DNA from: a virus
Lineage: Duplodnaviria > Caudoviricetes
Length of the DNA stretch: 40,064 nucleotides
IMG/VR virus record: IMGVR_UViG_3300020045_005851
Coordinates: 1-40,064 of that record
Reading direction: 5' to 3' (one strand)
In this document: piece after piece, positions 1-9,901 of the stretch
Numbering within the stretch: the stretch's first letter is position 1
Layout of the letters: every line of letters begins with the position of its first letter
Program-made: the position numbers and the translations under genes
The notes under the pieces: model-generated
The model's input: the letters and a program-made list of their open reading frames with translations, nothing else
The model's database searches: none
Told to the model about the DNA's origin: nothing

Positions 1-121
1 GGTAAAAGTAGTTTATCGCCAGCTGTTGGATCATCTTGGAATTCGATTTTTGATAACTTTGAAGACCAACTATCCCCAACTTGTGGAGCAGTTGAAATGC
101 TAGAGGCGAAAACTCCACACC
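1..121. repeat. Terminal direct repeat, copy 1 (121 bp; circular assembly overlap)
   Basis: 1-121 is identical to 39944-40064, and an ORF reads through the join in frame. Confidence 0.95.
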
Positions 122-1754
122 AACCGCCAGTGCTACCTACCCCAAAAATATCTGAAACCTGTTGTTTATATTCTGGTGAAGAATAATTATAACCCCCAGT
201 GCCGCGTATATAAGACGGCACGCCAAGCGATGAGTCAGGTGTGAATTCTCCTGTTTGGGGATTAAATGAACCGCCGGGTGAGGTTTGCCTACCATACTCA
301 TCAAACTCAGGAGGGATAAATTGGTACTGAACTTGAGGCATGAAGTCTTCTGGAAGCGGTACTTTTTGGCCAAACTCATCCAATATTGCATTACCGTTTG
401 AATCTGAAATAAATCCCATGATGGCGCTAACCGTTTGATCCACTTGTCGAAACTTCAGATCGCGAACCTGCTGGCTTGCGGTTTGAGAAGTGTTGTAGCG
501 TAACTCAAAGGCCGACTGATTGATGTTGGCAACATTCAATTTGTACTCGGATTGAGCCGTCTTAATCGCTTCAAACTTCTCATCTTCAGACATTTCACGG
601 TCTTCTTGGATAGCTTGAACATAGCTCATATACTCAGAATAAGCCTCACTAGTCGCCCTTTGTTTTTCAACTTCAATGTCGAAAAGGTCGTTCTGATACT
701 CATCTGTAATCGTGACAATATCGTTGGATATTTCCCGGTTGGCCATATCCTTTTCAAACTTGACGGAATTCAAGACGCGATCATTTTTAAGCGTCAACTC
801 CATCATCTGGTTATTCTTCACAAGCGACCCAAAACCACCCGTTGCTCCGATGTAACTCTCCATTTCAAGAGTTCGCTTTGTGTTAGACAATTCTTGCTCG
901 ACAATCTGTTGCTGATAAGCGCGTTCCGTTCTTGACCTTTGCTCTTCCATTTCGCGGACACTCTTATTATAAAGAGCCTCAGCGTCTCGCCTCTGTTGAG
1001 TCGACATATTGGCAATATCTTTTTGACGCATAGCCAAAACATCGGCATTCAACTGCTCAAGCCGGTCAAGATTCCTTTGCTCAGTTTCATATCTCCGGAT
1101 TGCAAGCTCTTCAATAGTTTGGGCGTACTCAGATTCCGCATTCAACGCGGACTCTTGAAGCGAATTTATCTCATTAATATCATTCTCCTGTTGAGTCTTT
1201 ATAGAATCAATCTCGGCGGAAATCTGGGGCGGTTGAGTTTCAATTTCTATAACCTCACCGTCCTCGGTTGTTGTAGTAAACTGTTCAAGCTCTTTTTTCT
1301 TTTTATCCTCGCGACGTTTTTTAGCCTCTTCCCCTAATCTCTTATTGCGTTGCTCGCCAGTCTCCCCTTCAACATAAGGTATTGACCTTTCCTGGGATTG
1401 CGGCCCAGAGATCTGAGTATCTGGCGTTACCTGAGTATCTACGGTTGGGGTTGGAGCCGGAGCGGGGGCGGGAGACGGGGCAGGAGCAGAATATCCCGTG
1501 CTAGGCGTTTGAGGTTTAATCTGATCGGCCACCCCCTCAATGGTTCCTTCGGCCGTCGAACCCCCAAGCGGAACAGACCCAATCGGCCGACTCTCATCAG
1601 TACCGCTCAAAGAGGGCAAAGCTCCAATAAATGTATCTGGAGTTGTGGTTTTAATTTGATCGGAGCCTCCTTCGGTAACTCCGTCAGCCGTCACGCCCCC
1701 AAGTGGAGGGCGCTCTTCATCATCTAGTGCGTCTATTTCTGATTGAGTTACCAT
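1..1754 (-). CDS. Virion DNA-ejection/internal protein with CHAP amidase domain, 5' part (932 aa in total, continuing at 39943 down to 38899)
   Basis: Missing from the ORF track because it runs off the edge. ATG at 1754 (MVTQSEIDALDDEERPPLGG...), acidic Pro/Thr-rich N-terminus, probable coiled-coil middle, and GGWCGVFAS (catalytic Cys) near position 118. In frame with 38899..39900 after circularisation. Confidence 0.85.
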   Translation of the reverse strand, partial: MVTQSEIDALDDEERPPLGGVTADGVTEGGSDQIKTTTPDTFIGALPSLSGTDESRPIGSVPLGGSTAEGTIEGVADQIKPQTPSTGYSAPAPSPAPAPAPTPTVDTQVTPDTQISGPQSQERSIPYVEGETGEQRNKRLGEEAKKRREDKKKKELEQFTTTTEDGEVIEIETQPPQISAEIDSIKTQQENDINEINSLQESALNAESEYAQTIEELAIRRYETEQRNLDRLEQLNADVLAMRQKDIANMSTQQRRDAEALYNKSVREMEEQRSRTERAYQQQIVEQELSNTKRTLEMESYIGATGGFGSLVKNNQMMELTLKNDRVLNSVKFEKDMANREISNDIVTITDEYQNDLFDIEVEKQRATSEAYSEYMSYVQAIQEDREMSEDEKFEAIKTAQSEYKLNVANINQSAFELRYNTSQTASQQVRDLKFRQVDQTVSAIMGFISDSNGNAILDEFGQKVPLPEDFMPQVQYQFIPPEFDEYGRQTSPGGSFNPQTGEFTPDSSLGVPSYIRGTGGYNYSSPEYKQQVSDIFGVGSTGGWCGVFASSISTAPQVGDSWSSKLSKIEFQDDPTAGDKLLL

Positions 1755-1765
1755 TTATAAAAGTT

Positions 1766-3838
1766 TTAAGTTGTATATCCCCAAACGGTGACTGACCCTT
1801 CGCAAGGAGTATCAGTTGCTCCCGACCCCGCCGTTACGGTGTTCGTCAACGTGAAAACCACAGTTGAATCAGTGATAGAAGTTATGGTTAAACCTAGTGT
1901 TGATTTGTTCGTTCCAGACGTTGGAGTTGGAGCGGTGAAATCCGTATCATTCTGGAAAGCTGTTGAATTCCCAGGATCAAAAATGGCGGCAGTCAAAGTC
2001 GCGGAGTCGTCTACAGTTTCGTAATGATGAGAATTAGTTATTGTTGTGCCAGTCCACAAAACATGTCCAATGATAACAGAGGTATCAGGCGTCCCTGCAT
2101 CAGCTCGAACTGACATATTTCCATCAAATCTAGCGCCAGTTGCTTTAAAATAGGTAGTAACTGTTGTCGTGGCCGTCCCTCCCGCCGAAGGGATTGAAAA
2201 TGTAGGCTTAGAAACTATCATCACAAACTGCTCTTTATCGGCGGTATTTATTGCCGTGGTTGAGACTGCTCTTCCAACACAAACGCGAACAGAGCCTACG
2301 GTTGTGGCTACCGCCCCCACTGTATCGCTAACATAATAGAAGACGCCCGCCGTCAAGCCGGTGAATCCGTTCACAACACCTGTATAAAGTTTGACCGTAT
2401 CGCCAGATGAAACACTTTCCTTCACGAATCCGGAAAACTTAGTGGCGTCATTCGTCGCATCATTTGTGTCGGCTTTATAAACTCCTCCCGCCGTCCTACC
2501 GTTGGTTCCGTCGCTGACGTATGCGGCAACCGGAGTCGAAGTGCCGTCGATAGTTTCTCTTGCGGTTAATTTTGTGTAGCTCTTATCGATGTTGAGAGTT
2601 GTTGGAATAAAAGTCTCATCGAATCTTCCAGTTGAATCTAATTTAACTCCCTTGCTTGCGTCGCCAGCTTCATTAAGCGCGGCGGCAGTGGCGACGCCGT
2701 TCCCAGTGTCCGCATCCAACCAATCGGCCGCGCCAGCGCCAGATATATCCGTGCCAACCGTTCCAGTAGAAGTTGTCAAAACAGAAAACTGTGATGATGA
2801 CGTTGTGTTACCAGAAGTTAAAACAAAATGGTCAGTGCTCCACACGACCGTTTCGGTTCCGGCAGTGACGGCGCGAATGGCGGCTTGAATTGTTGCCGCG
2901 ACATCGGCCATCGAAGCGTCTCCTGTGAAATTGATCGCATCTATATTTCTAGCCGTGCCGTCGATCGTGGCGCGAAATGATCCATTTGTTACATCATTCC
3001 ACACCTCGAATAGTGACTGTGCTCCCGTGTCTCCAGTTACATATCCTGGGGTGTAAACTAGGTGGGAGGCAACTCCATCAAAAGCAATAGTCAAAGTTTC
3101 GTTACCAGCGGGGCTACCCTCAGTAAGCGAAATACTGGTCCCGGCGAGTAGCTTACCATTCAAATATCCAGCCGTTGTGTCATCCGAGGAGACTTTTACA
3201 GTTGCGGCAATCAAGCCATCCACATAAGCCTTGTTGGCTATCTGGGCGGCCGTTGTAGGAGCGGCGCTAGTCTTCATCTGTGCTCCGTCCTCAAGAATAA
3301 CCACGCCAGTTCCTTTCGCTTGAAGTTCCAGGTCAATATCGGCATCAGTGCCAACAGTAGTCAAAACGACATTCCCGCCAGCGATGGCATTTATGACTCT
3401 CAGGTAATTCACAGCGCTTGCAGTGGCGTCTACGTCAATTGCCCCGGCGCCATTTGAATCTTGAACGCCAGTGATGTGCGGCTTACTACTAAAAACCCAG
3501 TTACCAGAGATCGTTTCGTCTTCATCTTTTCTTGCCTTGTTTGTGTCGTAATTATGATGGGTTGTAATCTCAAGACTCTCGCCTGCGGCATGGACTTTTT
3601 TATTACCAGCAACCTCAGTTAATGTAAGTGCCGTCTGAGAAAGCCCGCGTAAATTTATGGTGACCACTTGGCCGACCACGTTTGTGTAATACACATCTTC
3701 TGTATTACTCGTCAGCCTACCAATCGTTAAAATTCCTTGCGTTCTGGTGGGTGGCGTTGTGTCGACCGTCAAACTGAGCGCTGAATCGGTAATGCCCGCG
3801 TCGAGTGAATCCTGATACCTTGTTTGGGGATATTGCAT
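1766..3838 (-). CDS. Tail fibre/spike-like structural protein (690 aa)
   Basis: G/A/T/S-rich beta-type sequence with fibre motifs (AAQIANKAYVD; VKVSSDDTTAGYLNGKL; FTGLTAGVFYYVSDTVGAV). Located after the nozzle gene. Confidence 0.75.
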   Translation of the reverse strand: MQYPQTRYQDSLDAGITDSALSLTVDTTPPTRTQGILTIGRLTSNTEDVYYTNVVGQVVTINLRGLSQTALTLTEVAGNKKVHAAGESLEITTHHNYDTNKARKDEDETISGNWVFSSKPHITGVQDSNGAGAIDVDATASAVNYLRVINAIAGGNVVLTTVGTDADIDLELQAKGTGVVILEDGAQMKTSAAPTTAAQIANKAYVDGLIAATVKVSSDDTTAGYLNGKLLAGTSISLTEGSPAGNETLTIAFDGVASHLVYTPGYVTGDTGAQSLFEVWNDVTNGSFRATIDGTARNIDAINFTGDASMADVAATIQAAIRAVTAGTETVVWSTDHFVLTSGNTTSSSQFSVLTTSTGTVGTDISGAGAADWLDADTGNGVATAAALNEAGDASKGVKLDSTGRFDETFIPTTLNIDKSYTKLTARETIDGTSTPVAAYVSDGTNGRTAGGVYKADTNDATNDATKFSGFVKESVSSGDTVKLYTGVVNGFTGLTAGVFYYVSDTVGAVATTVGSVRVCVGRAVSTTAINTADKEQFVMIVSKPTFSIPSAGGTATTTVTTYFKATGARFDGNMSVRADAGTPDTSVIIGHVLWTGTTITNSHHYETVDDSATLTAAIFDPGNSTAFQNDTDFTAPTPTSGTNKSTLGLTITSITDSTVVFTLTNTVTAGSGATDTPCEGSVTVWGYTT

Positions 3839-3841
3839 AGA

Positions 3842-5839
3842 TTATTGGTTAGCTACTTTGTAATTTTCATTATCATCGATGACTTTAAGGCCGAGTTGCT
3901 CAACAATAACCTTGCCCCCATTTATGATTGCGTTCACGCCAATGGCGAACATATTTGACCGCCGATCAACAGAAATAAGCCAATCACCCGTCACGGCACT
4001 TTGCGTTCTGTACATCAAAATATCATCACTTGTCTCACCGTCACCTCCAAACTGTGCGTCGCCATACTCTCTTGATCCCTGTTGACCATCATTCACATTG
4101 CTACCGGCCGACACGCCACGATCACTAGGTGATTGAATTGTATATTCTGAGTACGTTGAGTAATTCGCGTCCCTATAAAGCCGCACCTTAATTTCTTGCT
4201 CAAAACTCTGTTGGCCTCTGAAATATATGTAACGCGCTCGCTTCGAAGTGTCAGGCCGACCATCATCTAGGAATGGGGTTTTAACGTCGAAAGTGTAAGA
4301 AATCCCGTTTGCAGTGTAGCCACTATCATCTTTATAGGCTTGCCCGACACTTGAGTCTTCTGTGTAAACCAGGTCACCATCCCAAACAACAGACTTTTCA
4401 ACCGATGGCCCCTTGTCAATTGAGAAGCCCCCAGTGTCATAATCGAAAACAATAGTAAAATTATTTGTAGGCGCATCTTTGGTGCGAAGTTGAACCTTAA
4501 CGATTCTTTTATTGTAACTAAGAGAAGCATTGCTTTGATCAGGATCTAGCAACGCCATGCTTCTACTAATTACGCTACTTAATTCTCGCGTGCGCGGGTT
4601 ATTCCCAAGCTGACGCTCAAGACCCAATGACCGTATTTCTAACTCTGGCGTTAAAAACCAGACGTCATTTTCAACCACGACGGTTGTCTTTTGGCTAATC
4701 GTACCGCCCGTTCTGGATAATTCGATAAATGAAGACTCGCCAGCGGCAATCCGATCGGGCGTGTTATACCAAACGCTATCCTGCTTCCAGATAAAAAGTT
4801 CATTATTGAGCACCCGGATAGCGGCACACTTACCGCCCTTGCCGATCAATTCCAAGAGAACGCCATTTTGCCAGTCCTCAATATTTAGTGGATTCGACGC
4901 AGTAGAGGCGCGCGAAGCTATGACAGAGTTTGGGGCGTCATAATCGCCGATCACCCATAACCTCTCAACCCAACTCTCAATTGCGGTGCCACGAGGGCTA
5001 TTTGCAACCACAGAAAAGGTTGTATTTGAGATCTTCCCAACGCCCGGCCAAGACGCAACGGCGGCGGTTACAGTTCCATGCCCAGTTTCACTATCCATGT
5101 ATGGCAACCCGGCGCCAGCACCAGATATATCCGTGCCGCCAGCACCAGCCGTCGTTACGGTCATCGCACTTGAAGAGGTTGTGTTTGCAGACGTGATGAT
5201 AAAATGATCCACATCCCAAACGACCGTTTCGGATGAAGATGTTGCCGCTCGAATTCCAGTCTGAATCACAAGAGCAACATCATCCATGGTTACTACGTTT
5301 GTAAAATTCAACCCCGTGATACTTCTAAGAGTCCCGTCAATAGTTATCCTAACCGATCCGTTATTGACATCAGCCCAGTCTCCTACGACGGCGGTCGCAT
5401 TTGACCCACTGGTTAAAAACGCCGGGGTGTAAGTGGTTGCCGTTCCAGAATCATCCATCGGATTCACGAAATACATCACGTTATTATACAAGACGCCACC
5501 CGTGTCTTCATCGGCAACATCGGACCACGTTGTAGAAATTGTATCCCAAACGTCAGTTGTCTCATTGTACTGCCGGAAAATCTTATTGTAAAAGCCCAGA
5601 AGCCGCTTTGTTGTAGTGCCGTCACTAAAATAAGGATACTCATAGAGGCCTTTGAATTCCGTGCCGCCAGTAAGCTCATCGCCAAGCGCCTGATTCCCTT
5701 TTCTTGAAGTCATCACAAACCCTCCAAATCGGGCATTCTGCGCACTATAAACTTGATCCGTATTTACAGAGTTATTCTCTTCGTAATTACGAAGCCCTTT
5801 AAACATTTTCAAGTTCTTCATTCTCAAGGAAGTTTGCAT
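3842..5839 (-). CDS. Tail nozzle / DNA stabilisation protein (P22 gp10/T7 gp12-like), 665 aa
   Basis: N-terminal FKGL...AQNARF...SRKG motif, beta-propeller-like repeats (LFIWKQDSVW, TTVVVENDVWFL), C-terminal KTPFLDDGRPDTSKRARYIY. Follows the adaptor gene. Confidence 0.75.
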   Translation of the reverse strand: MQTSLRMKNLKMFKGLRNYEENNSVNTDQVYSAQNARFGGFVMTSRKGNQALGDELTGGTEFKGLYEYPYFSDGTTTKRLLGFYNKIFRQYNETTDVWDTISTTWSDVADEDTGGVLYNNVMYFVNPMDDSGTATTYTPAFLTSGSNATAVVGDWADVNNGSVRITIDGTLRSITGLNFTNVVTMDDVALVIQTGIRAATSSSETVVWDVDHFIITSANTTSSSAMTVTTAGAGGTDISGAGAGLPYMDSETGHGTVTAAVASWPGVGKISNTTFSVVANSPRGTAIESWVERLWVIGDYDAPNSVIASRASTASNPLNIEDWQNGVLLELIGKGGKCAAIRVLNNELFIWKQDSVWYNTPDRIAAGESSFIELSRTGGTISQKTTVVVENDVWFLTPELEIRSLGLERQLGNNPRTRELSSVISRSMALLDPDQSNASLSYNKRIVKVQLRTKDAPTNNFTIVFDYDTGGFSIDKGPSVEKSVVWDGDLVYTEDSSVGQAYKDDSGYTANGISYTFDVKTPFLDDGRPDTSKRARYIYFRGQQSFEQEIKVRLYRDANYSTYSEYTIQSPSDRGVSAGSNVNDGQQGSREYGDAQFGGDGETSDDILMYRTQSAVTGDWLISVDRRSNMFAIGVNAIINGGKVIVEQLGLKVIDDNENYKVANQ

Positions 5840-5843
5840 AAAA

Positions 5844-6707
5844 TTAAATTATTCTCCTGTAAATAGACGGCCGTACTTTATTATTCCTATCGCGCACGCG
5901 GTTATTTCTGAGCGCGACGTACTTCTTTAAATTCTTGTCATACTCCTTTTGCCACCAATCCCAGGATGTACGATAAGCATCAGAGGCGGCGATCTTCATA
6001 CAAGCCCCGTAAACCAACAGCGGGACTCTCATTGAGTTAGGGATAAGTGATGGCTTATCCGAAGAGGAACTCAATGGAGTGACCACTTGAGTATAGGTCA
6101 TCAAACAGACCGATGCCGATCCCCCGGTTGACACGCTCGATCGGTTGAACATCAAATACCCATCGTAAATTGAGTAGGTGTTGGGGAAGTAATTTATCCC
6201 GCTCAAAAGATTCTCATAACCCATCGGGGTTTGGGGAATGCCATTGAGATCAAGATACTGAATTTGCTCTAGATCGATATCAGAGGCGAGCGTAACAAGG
6301 TTATACATCGCTCTAACATTCTCACCGTCAACGTGTGCAACGTTCACGCCAGTCACCCCGGTCAAAGTGTTGCTAGACTTGCCAGTGTAGCTAATAATGT
6401 CGCCCTGTAACATCGCCCGGCCAGTGCTAGGAAAGTAAGTGGCGTCGACGAGTACAACAGACGTGGCGCCAACGGCAACCGCCCCATCAAGTGTAGTATC
6501 GGGAGCAACATTAAATGACACGTCGGCCTCTCTTGCAGACTGCTTCATTGTTTGATCCGTAAACACCTCAGCATAAACCGTGTTGAGCGTGTCTTCAACC
6601 AGATCAATTGACACAGCCTCGCTTCCCGCTACTGGCTCATGCAATTGTTGGAGCGTTAAGCTGGTGAGTTCTGTGAACGTTAAATCTGATGAGAAGTAGT
6701 TGGTCAT
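5844..6707 (-). CDS. Head-to-tail adaptor protein (287 aa) with inserted beta module
   Basis: C-terminal PSLIPNSMRVPLLVYGACMK...WWQKEY resembles podovirus adaptors; position between head genes and nozzle. Confidence 0.65.
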   Translation of the reverse strand: MTNYFSSDLTFTELTSLTLQQLHEPVAGSEAVSIDLVEDTLNTVYAEVFTDQTMKQSAREADVSFNVAPDTTLDGAVAVGATSVVLVDATYFPSTGRAMLQGDIISYTGKSSNTLTGVTGVNVAHVDGENVRAMYNLVTLASDIDLEQIQYLDLNGIPQTPMGYENLLSGINYFPNTYSIYDGYLMFNRSSVSTGGSASVCLMTYTQVVTPLSSSSDKPSLIPNSMRVPLLVYGACMKIAASDAYRTSWDWWQKEYDKNLKKYVALRNNRVRDRNNKVRPSIYRRII

Positions 6708-7270
6708 TAAATGGTTTGAGTTTCAAAGTATTTTTTGATAGTTGCGGCAACAAGAGGACCAACAATAGCGCGGCGCTCTTCATGAGTTCTTTTGCTTAAC
6801 TCCTCAATTGAGAAGATCCCGGCGGCATTTAGCTTTTTGACAGACCCCTCTGCAACCCCGTGAATCGCGGTGAGGGCATTACTAGTCAAAACCTTCGTGC
6901 CAGTATCAGTGGTTTTAACCTCGACTGGGTTATCTCCTGAGAGTCTAGCCAAAGCCTGTTCGCGCTCTTCATCCATCTTCCTTTGCCAATCTGCTTCAAT
7001 TTCTGGAGTCATAGCCCCAGGATTCTTACTCATCCACTGCTCAAACTCCGCTTGCACCCGGCTTTTAAATTGAAAAGCGCGCGGCCTTAGTTGCGCCTGA
7101 ATCTTGGCAATCTCATCAGCCTTTTCTGGGGTGACGCTATTGATCATAGCGGATAGGTGCTCATAAGCGCCTGACTTGATCCCCTTCTCAATAATACGGC
7201 ACTCGTCCTCTGCGAATACAGACCAATTGATCTTGAGGTTTGCTAGAATAATATCTTGCGACTTTTCCAT
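6707..7270 (-). CDS. Hypothetical protein with C-terminal helix-hairpin-helix-like domain (187 aa)
   Basis: LTAIHGVAEGSVKKLNAAGIFSIEEL resembles HhH motifs; TAAC leader; 1-nt TAATG coupling to the next gene. Confidence 0.6.
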   Translation of the reverse strand: MEKSQDIILANLKINWSVFAEDECRIIEKGIKSGAYEHLSAMINSVTPEKADEIAKIQAQLRPRAFQFKSRVQAEFEQWMSKNPGAMTPEIEADWQRKMDEEREQALARLSGDNPVEVKTTDTGTKVLTSNALTAIHGVAEGSVKKLNAAGIFSIEELSKRTHEERRAIVGPLVAATIKKYFETQTI

Positions 7271-7287
7271 GTAATAAGAGTTAAATT

Positions 7288-7336
7288 ATGTTCTCATCCC
7301 AGACCAGGAGACACCTCCTGGTCTGAAGGAAAACAC
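7288..7336 (-). other. Long intergenic RNA hairpin (processing/stability element)
   Basis: Perfect 11-bp stem CAGACCAGGAG/CTCCTGGTCTG, extended by GUGUUUUC/GAGAACAU with G-U pairs on the minus strand. No U-tract. Confidence 0.6.
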
Positions 7337-7337
7337 T

Positions 7338-9875
7338 TTAAGAAACGCCATAACTATTGCCACCTAGAATATTCCATTCTGATGCAATGAATTGCAACAC
7401 AACAGAATCACCAGCGGCATTGAAAGTGACACTCGTACCACCACGTAAATTCGTGGGAGTAATTGTGGCAGTTCCGGTTGAGCTAGCCATAGCGATGGTC
7501 ATGATTTGACCCTCAGTACCATCGGCCAACGTGAAGGTGTCGCCACCCGCATCAGCATCGACGTAATGAACGGTCTTGGACAGACTAAGTGCCGTAGAGG
7601 TTCCCCCAGCGGCGATAGTCTCAGTGCCAGCGAAGATAACCTTCGCATCAATACCAGCCGTAAGCGTAGCCAGGCCAGTTACGGTCAAAACTTCATCAAA
7701 CACAACAGCCCCCGCGTCGACCTTGAGAGCCTCGACGTTTGCGCCAGTTGCATTGATGTACAGAGCGTAAGCCCCGGCCGTTCCAGCTCCAGTGGTTTGC
7801 TGAATCGAAACGGTGTGCGATGTAGAGCTTGGAGAACCAGTTGAAATAATATCAACTAGGTTGGCCCCAGCAACTAAATCCCCCGTATGAGTGACATCGA
7901 TAGAACAACCCTCTCCGCTAACCCCAGTACCAGCCGATGTGATCGCAATAGCGCGGCCAGCAACGTTGGTATCCATCGCAATTGACAGAGCCTCTCCAGT
8001 AGAAGCGGCCGTGGCAAAAGTGAGTTGGATTAGATTAGAGTCCTGCAACCCAGTCTGATTGATGAAGAGGACGTGATCATCCGTGCCACCATCCGTGCCA
8101 GTGTTGGCAATGTAGATAAGTGGTGCGGTGCGTACTCCTGCGGCATCAATTTGAAGAGCGTTACCAGCAAGATTGGTTCCCATGTCGACGTGAATTGCGT
8201 CGCCGGTTACCGCCGAGCTTGAGTATACGATATCAAGAACATTTCCAGTAGAATTACCAGAAACGTTAATGTCGAAAACGTGCGAATTTGACGTACTTGA
8301 ATCATTGACTTCAAATAGGTCATCTACGCGCGCCCCGGTCGAAGTGATTCGCATCACCTTAGCGTCCACAGCCGCGTCAGTTGTGATCAAGAAGATATCA
8401 CCAGTAGCGGCGCCCGACATATTAATGTCGAAAACCGATCCTGTGTAAACTCCCGAGACGTCAATGTCAAATACTCCAGAAGCCGTGGCTCCAGTGGCAG
8501 AGACATCAATGTCGAATCCAACTGCGCCAGCAGATGTGCCAGTGCCGTCAAGAATCATCTCAAATACAGGTTGAGTTCGAAGACCGCCTCCCGCGTCTAA
8601 GCGGATAGCAGTAAGCGCCAAACCAGCATCGAGATCGATATTGATGACATTACCCGTTGCGGCGGCTGAAGAGGCGACGTCTAGCACGTTGCCCGTATAA
8701 GCTCCCGACAAGTTAATATCAAAAATATGAGCGCTTCCGGTTGAAGAATCGTTGATCTGGATAAGATCCTCCGTGCGTGACCCGGCGCCCGTTAGGGTGA
8801 TCGCTGAGCCACCTACGGCAGTCGTCATATCAATATCAACGACGTGACCCGTGAACGCACCGTCAGCAGACAGATCGATCATGTTGGCCGACCCAGTCTG
8901 GGTACCAATAAGTTCGATGAATGGCTGAGTGCGAACGCCAGCGCCAGTGATACGGATTGCCGTAGCGGCGACCGCGTTATCCATCACAAAGTTACAAACA
9001 TTTCCAGTAGAGGCGGCGGCGAATGCAACGTCAAAGACGTTGGAATCAAACACGCCACTAAAGTCAATGTCGAAAATGTGGGAAGAAGTTCCTGAATCTG
9101 TATGCCCAAGATCAAAATTGAACATGACATCACGGTTGCCCGACCCAGTGGTCAAAAGCATTACCGTGGTATCCAGATTATCGGAAGCATCGAAAGTGAC
9201 ACTGAAAACCGTACCAGCGGGCGACCCATTATAGGAACCCGTATAGTCAAAGGCTGTCAGCGCACCCGACCCACTAGCGTTGATATCGATGACACTATGA
9301 GTGCCAGTCGAATCGCCAGTGACTAGGATATCAGCCCCAGTCCGAGCACCCGCACCGTTGTCGATGAAAATACCCGTTGCGGCCGTTCCTAGATTCATAT
9401 CAAGACTAATCGCGTTACCAGTCATGGCGGCATCTACATCAAAGTGAAGTAGATCGCCCGACCCCGCGCCAGTCTTAGTGAGGACCAGCATACCGCCAGC
9501 CCCCGAAGTAGCATCAGTTAGCGTGATTGCTCCTGAATCGACCGTAATATCACGGCCAATGTCATAAGCAGTATCAAGCGAACCAGATCCACCGCCGCCA
9601 CCAACTCCGAGAGCATTGAAGTCCGCAGACGTCGCGCTACCTTCGTTAATGTAGACGGTGACTCCCACGCCACCCGTCGTGTCAATAAAGTAAGAACCTA
9701 CGGCAAAGCCGGAATCACCATTAGTCGGGACGGTTGCGCCGCGAGCAAACAAAACATTGTTTGACTCATCGACTTCTAGAACTTCTACACTTGTAGGAGT
9801 CCCGACTTTGAGATCCGCGCCCTTCGCACGAAGCACATTTACTTCAGAGACTTGAGAAAGATCTGAGATAGGCAT
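7338..9875 (-). CDS. Capsid-associated fibre/decoration protein, repetitive beta-solenoid-like (845 aa)
   Basis: Immediately after the capsid gene; G/A/T/D-rich with recurring G(N/D/H)xx(D/N)I/V repeats. Confidence 0.65.
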   Translation of the reverse strand: MPISDLSQVSEVNVLRAKGADLKVGTPTSVEVLEVDESNNVLFARGATVPTNGDSGFAVGSYFIDTTGGVGVTVYINEGSATSADFNALGVGGGGGSGSLDTAYDIGRDITVDSGAITLTDATSGAGGMLVLTKTGAGSGDLLHFDVDAAMTGNAISLDMNLGTAATGIFIDNGAGARTGADILVTGDSTGTHSVIDINASGSGALTAFDYTGSYNGSPAGTVFSVTFDASDNLDTTVMLLTTGSGNRDVMFNFDLGHTDSGTSSHIFDIDFSGVFDSNVFDVAFAAASTGNVCNFVMDNAVAATAIRITGAGVRTQPFIELIGTQTGSANMIDLSADGAFTGHVVDIDMTTAVGGSAITLTGAGSRTEDLIQINDSSTGSAHIFDINLSGAYTGNVLDVASSAAATGNVINIDLDAGLALTAIRLDAGGGLRTQPVFEMILDGTGTSAGAVGFDIDVSATGATASGVFDIDVSGVYTGSVFDINMSGAATGDIFLITTDAAVDAKVMRITSTGARVDDLFEVNDSSTSNSHVFDINVSGNSTGNVLDIVYSSSAVTGDAIHVDMGTNLAGNALQIDAAGVRTAPLIYIANTGTDGGTDDHVLFINQTGLQDSNLIQLTFATAASTGEALSIAMDTNVAGRAIAITSAGTGVSGEGCSIDVTHTGDLVAGANLVDIISTGSPSSTSHTVSIQQTTGAGTAGAYALYINATGANVEALKVDAGAVVFDEVLTVTGLATLTAGIDAKVIFAGTETIAAGGTSTALSLSKTVHYVDADAGGDTFTLADGTEGQIMTIAMASSTGTATITPTNLRGGTSVTFNAAGDSVVLQFIASEWNILGGNSYGVS

Positions 9876-9901
9876 ATTTCTCTAGGTTAAGAAGTAAAAG
9901 A

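Noticed and set aside
552-1727. Plus-strand ORFs 552-935, 939-1337, 1398-1727 and similar ORFs opposite structural genes
   Set aside because: These are shadows of the long minus-strand genes, with no leaders or recognisable motifs.
2678-5431. Diversity-generating retroelement TR/VR pair, or a contractile tail
   Set aside because: There is no reverse transcriptase, the differences are not adenine-specific, and no sheath, tube, baseplate or tape-measure genes are present.
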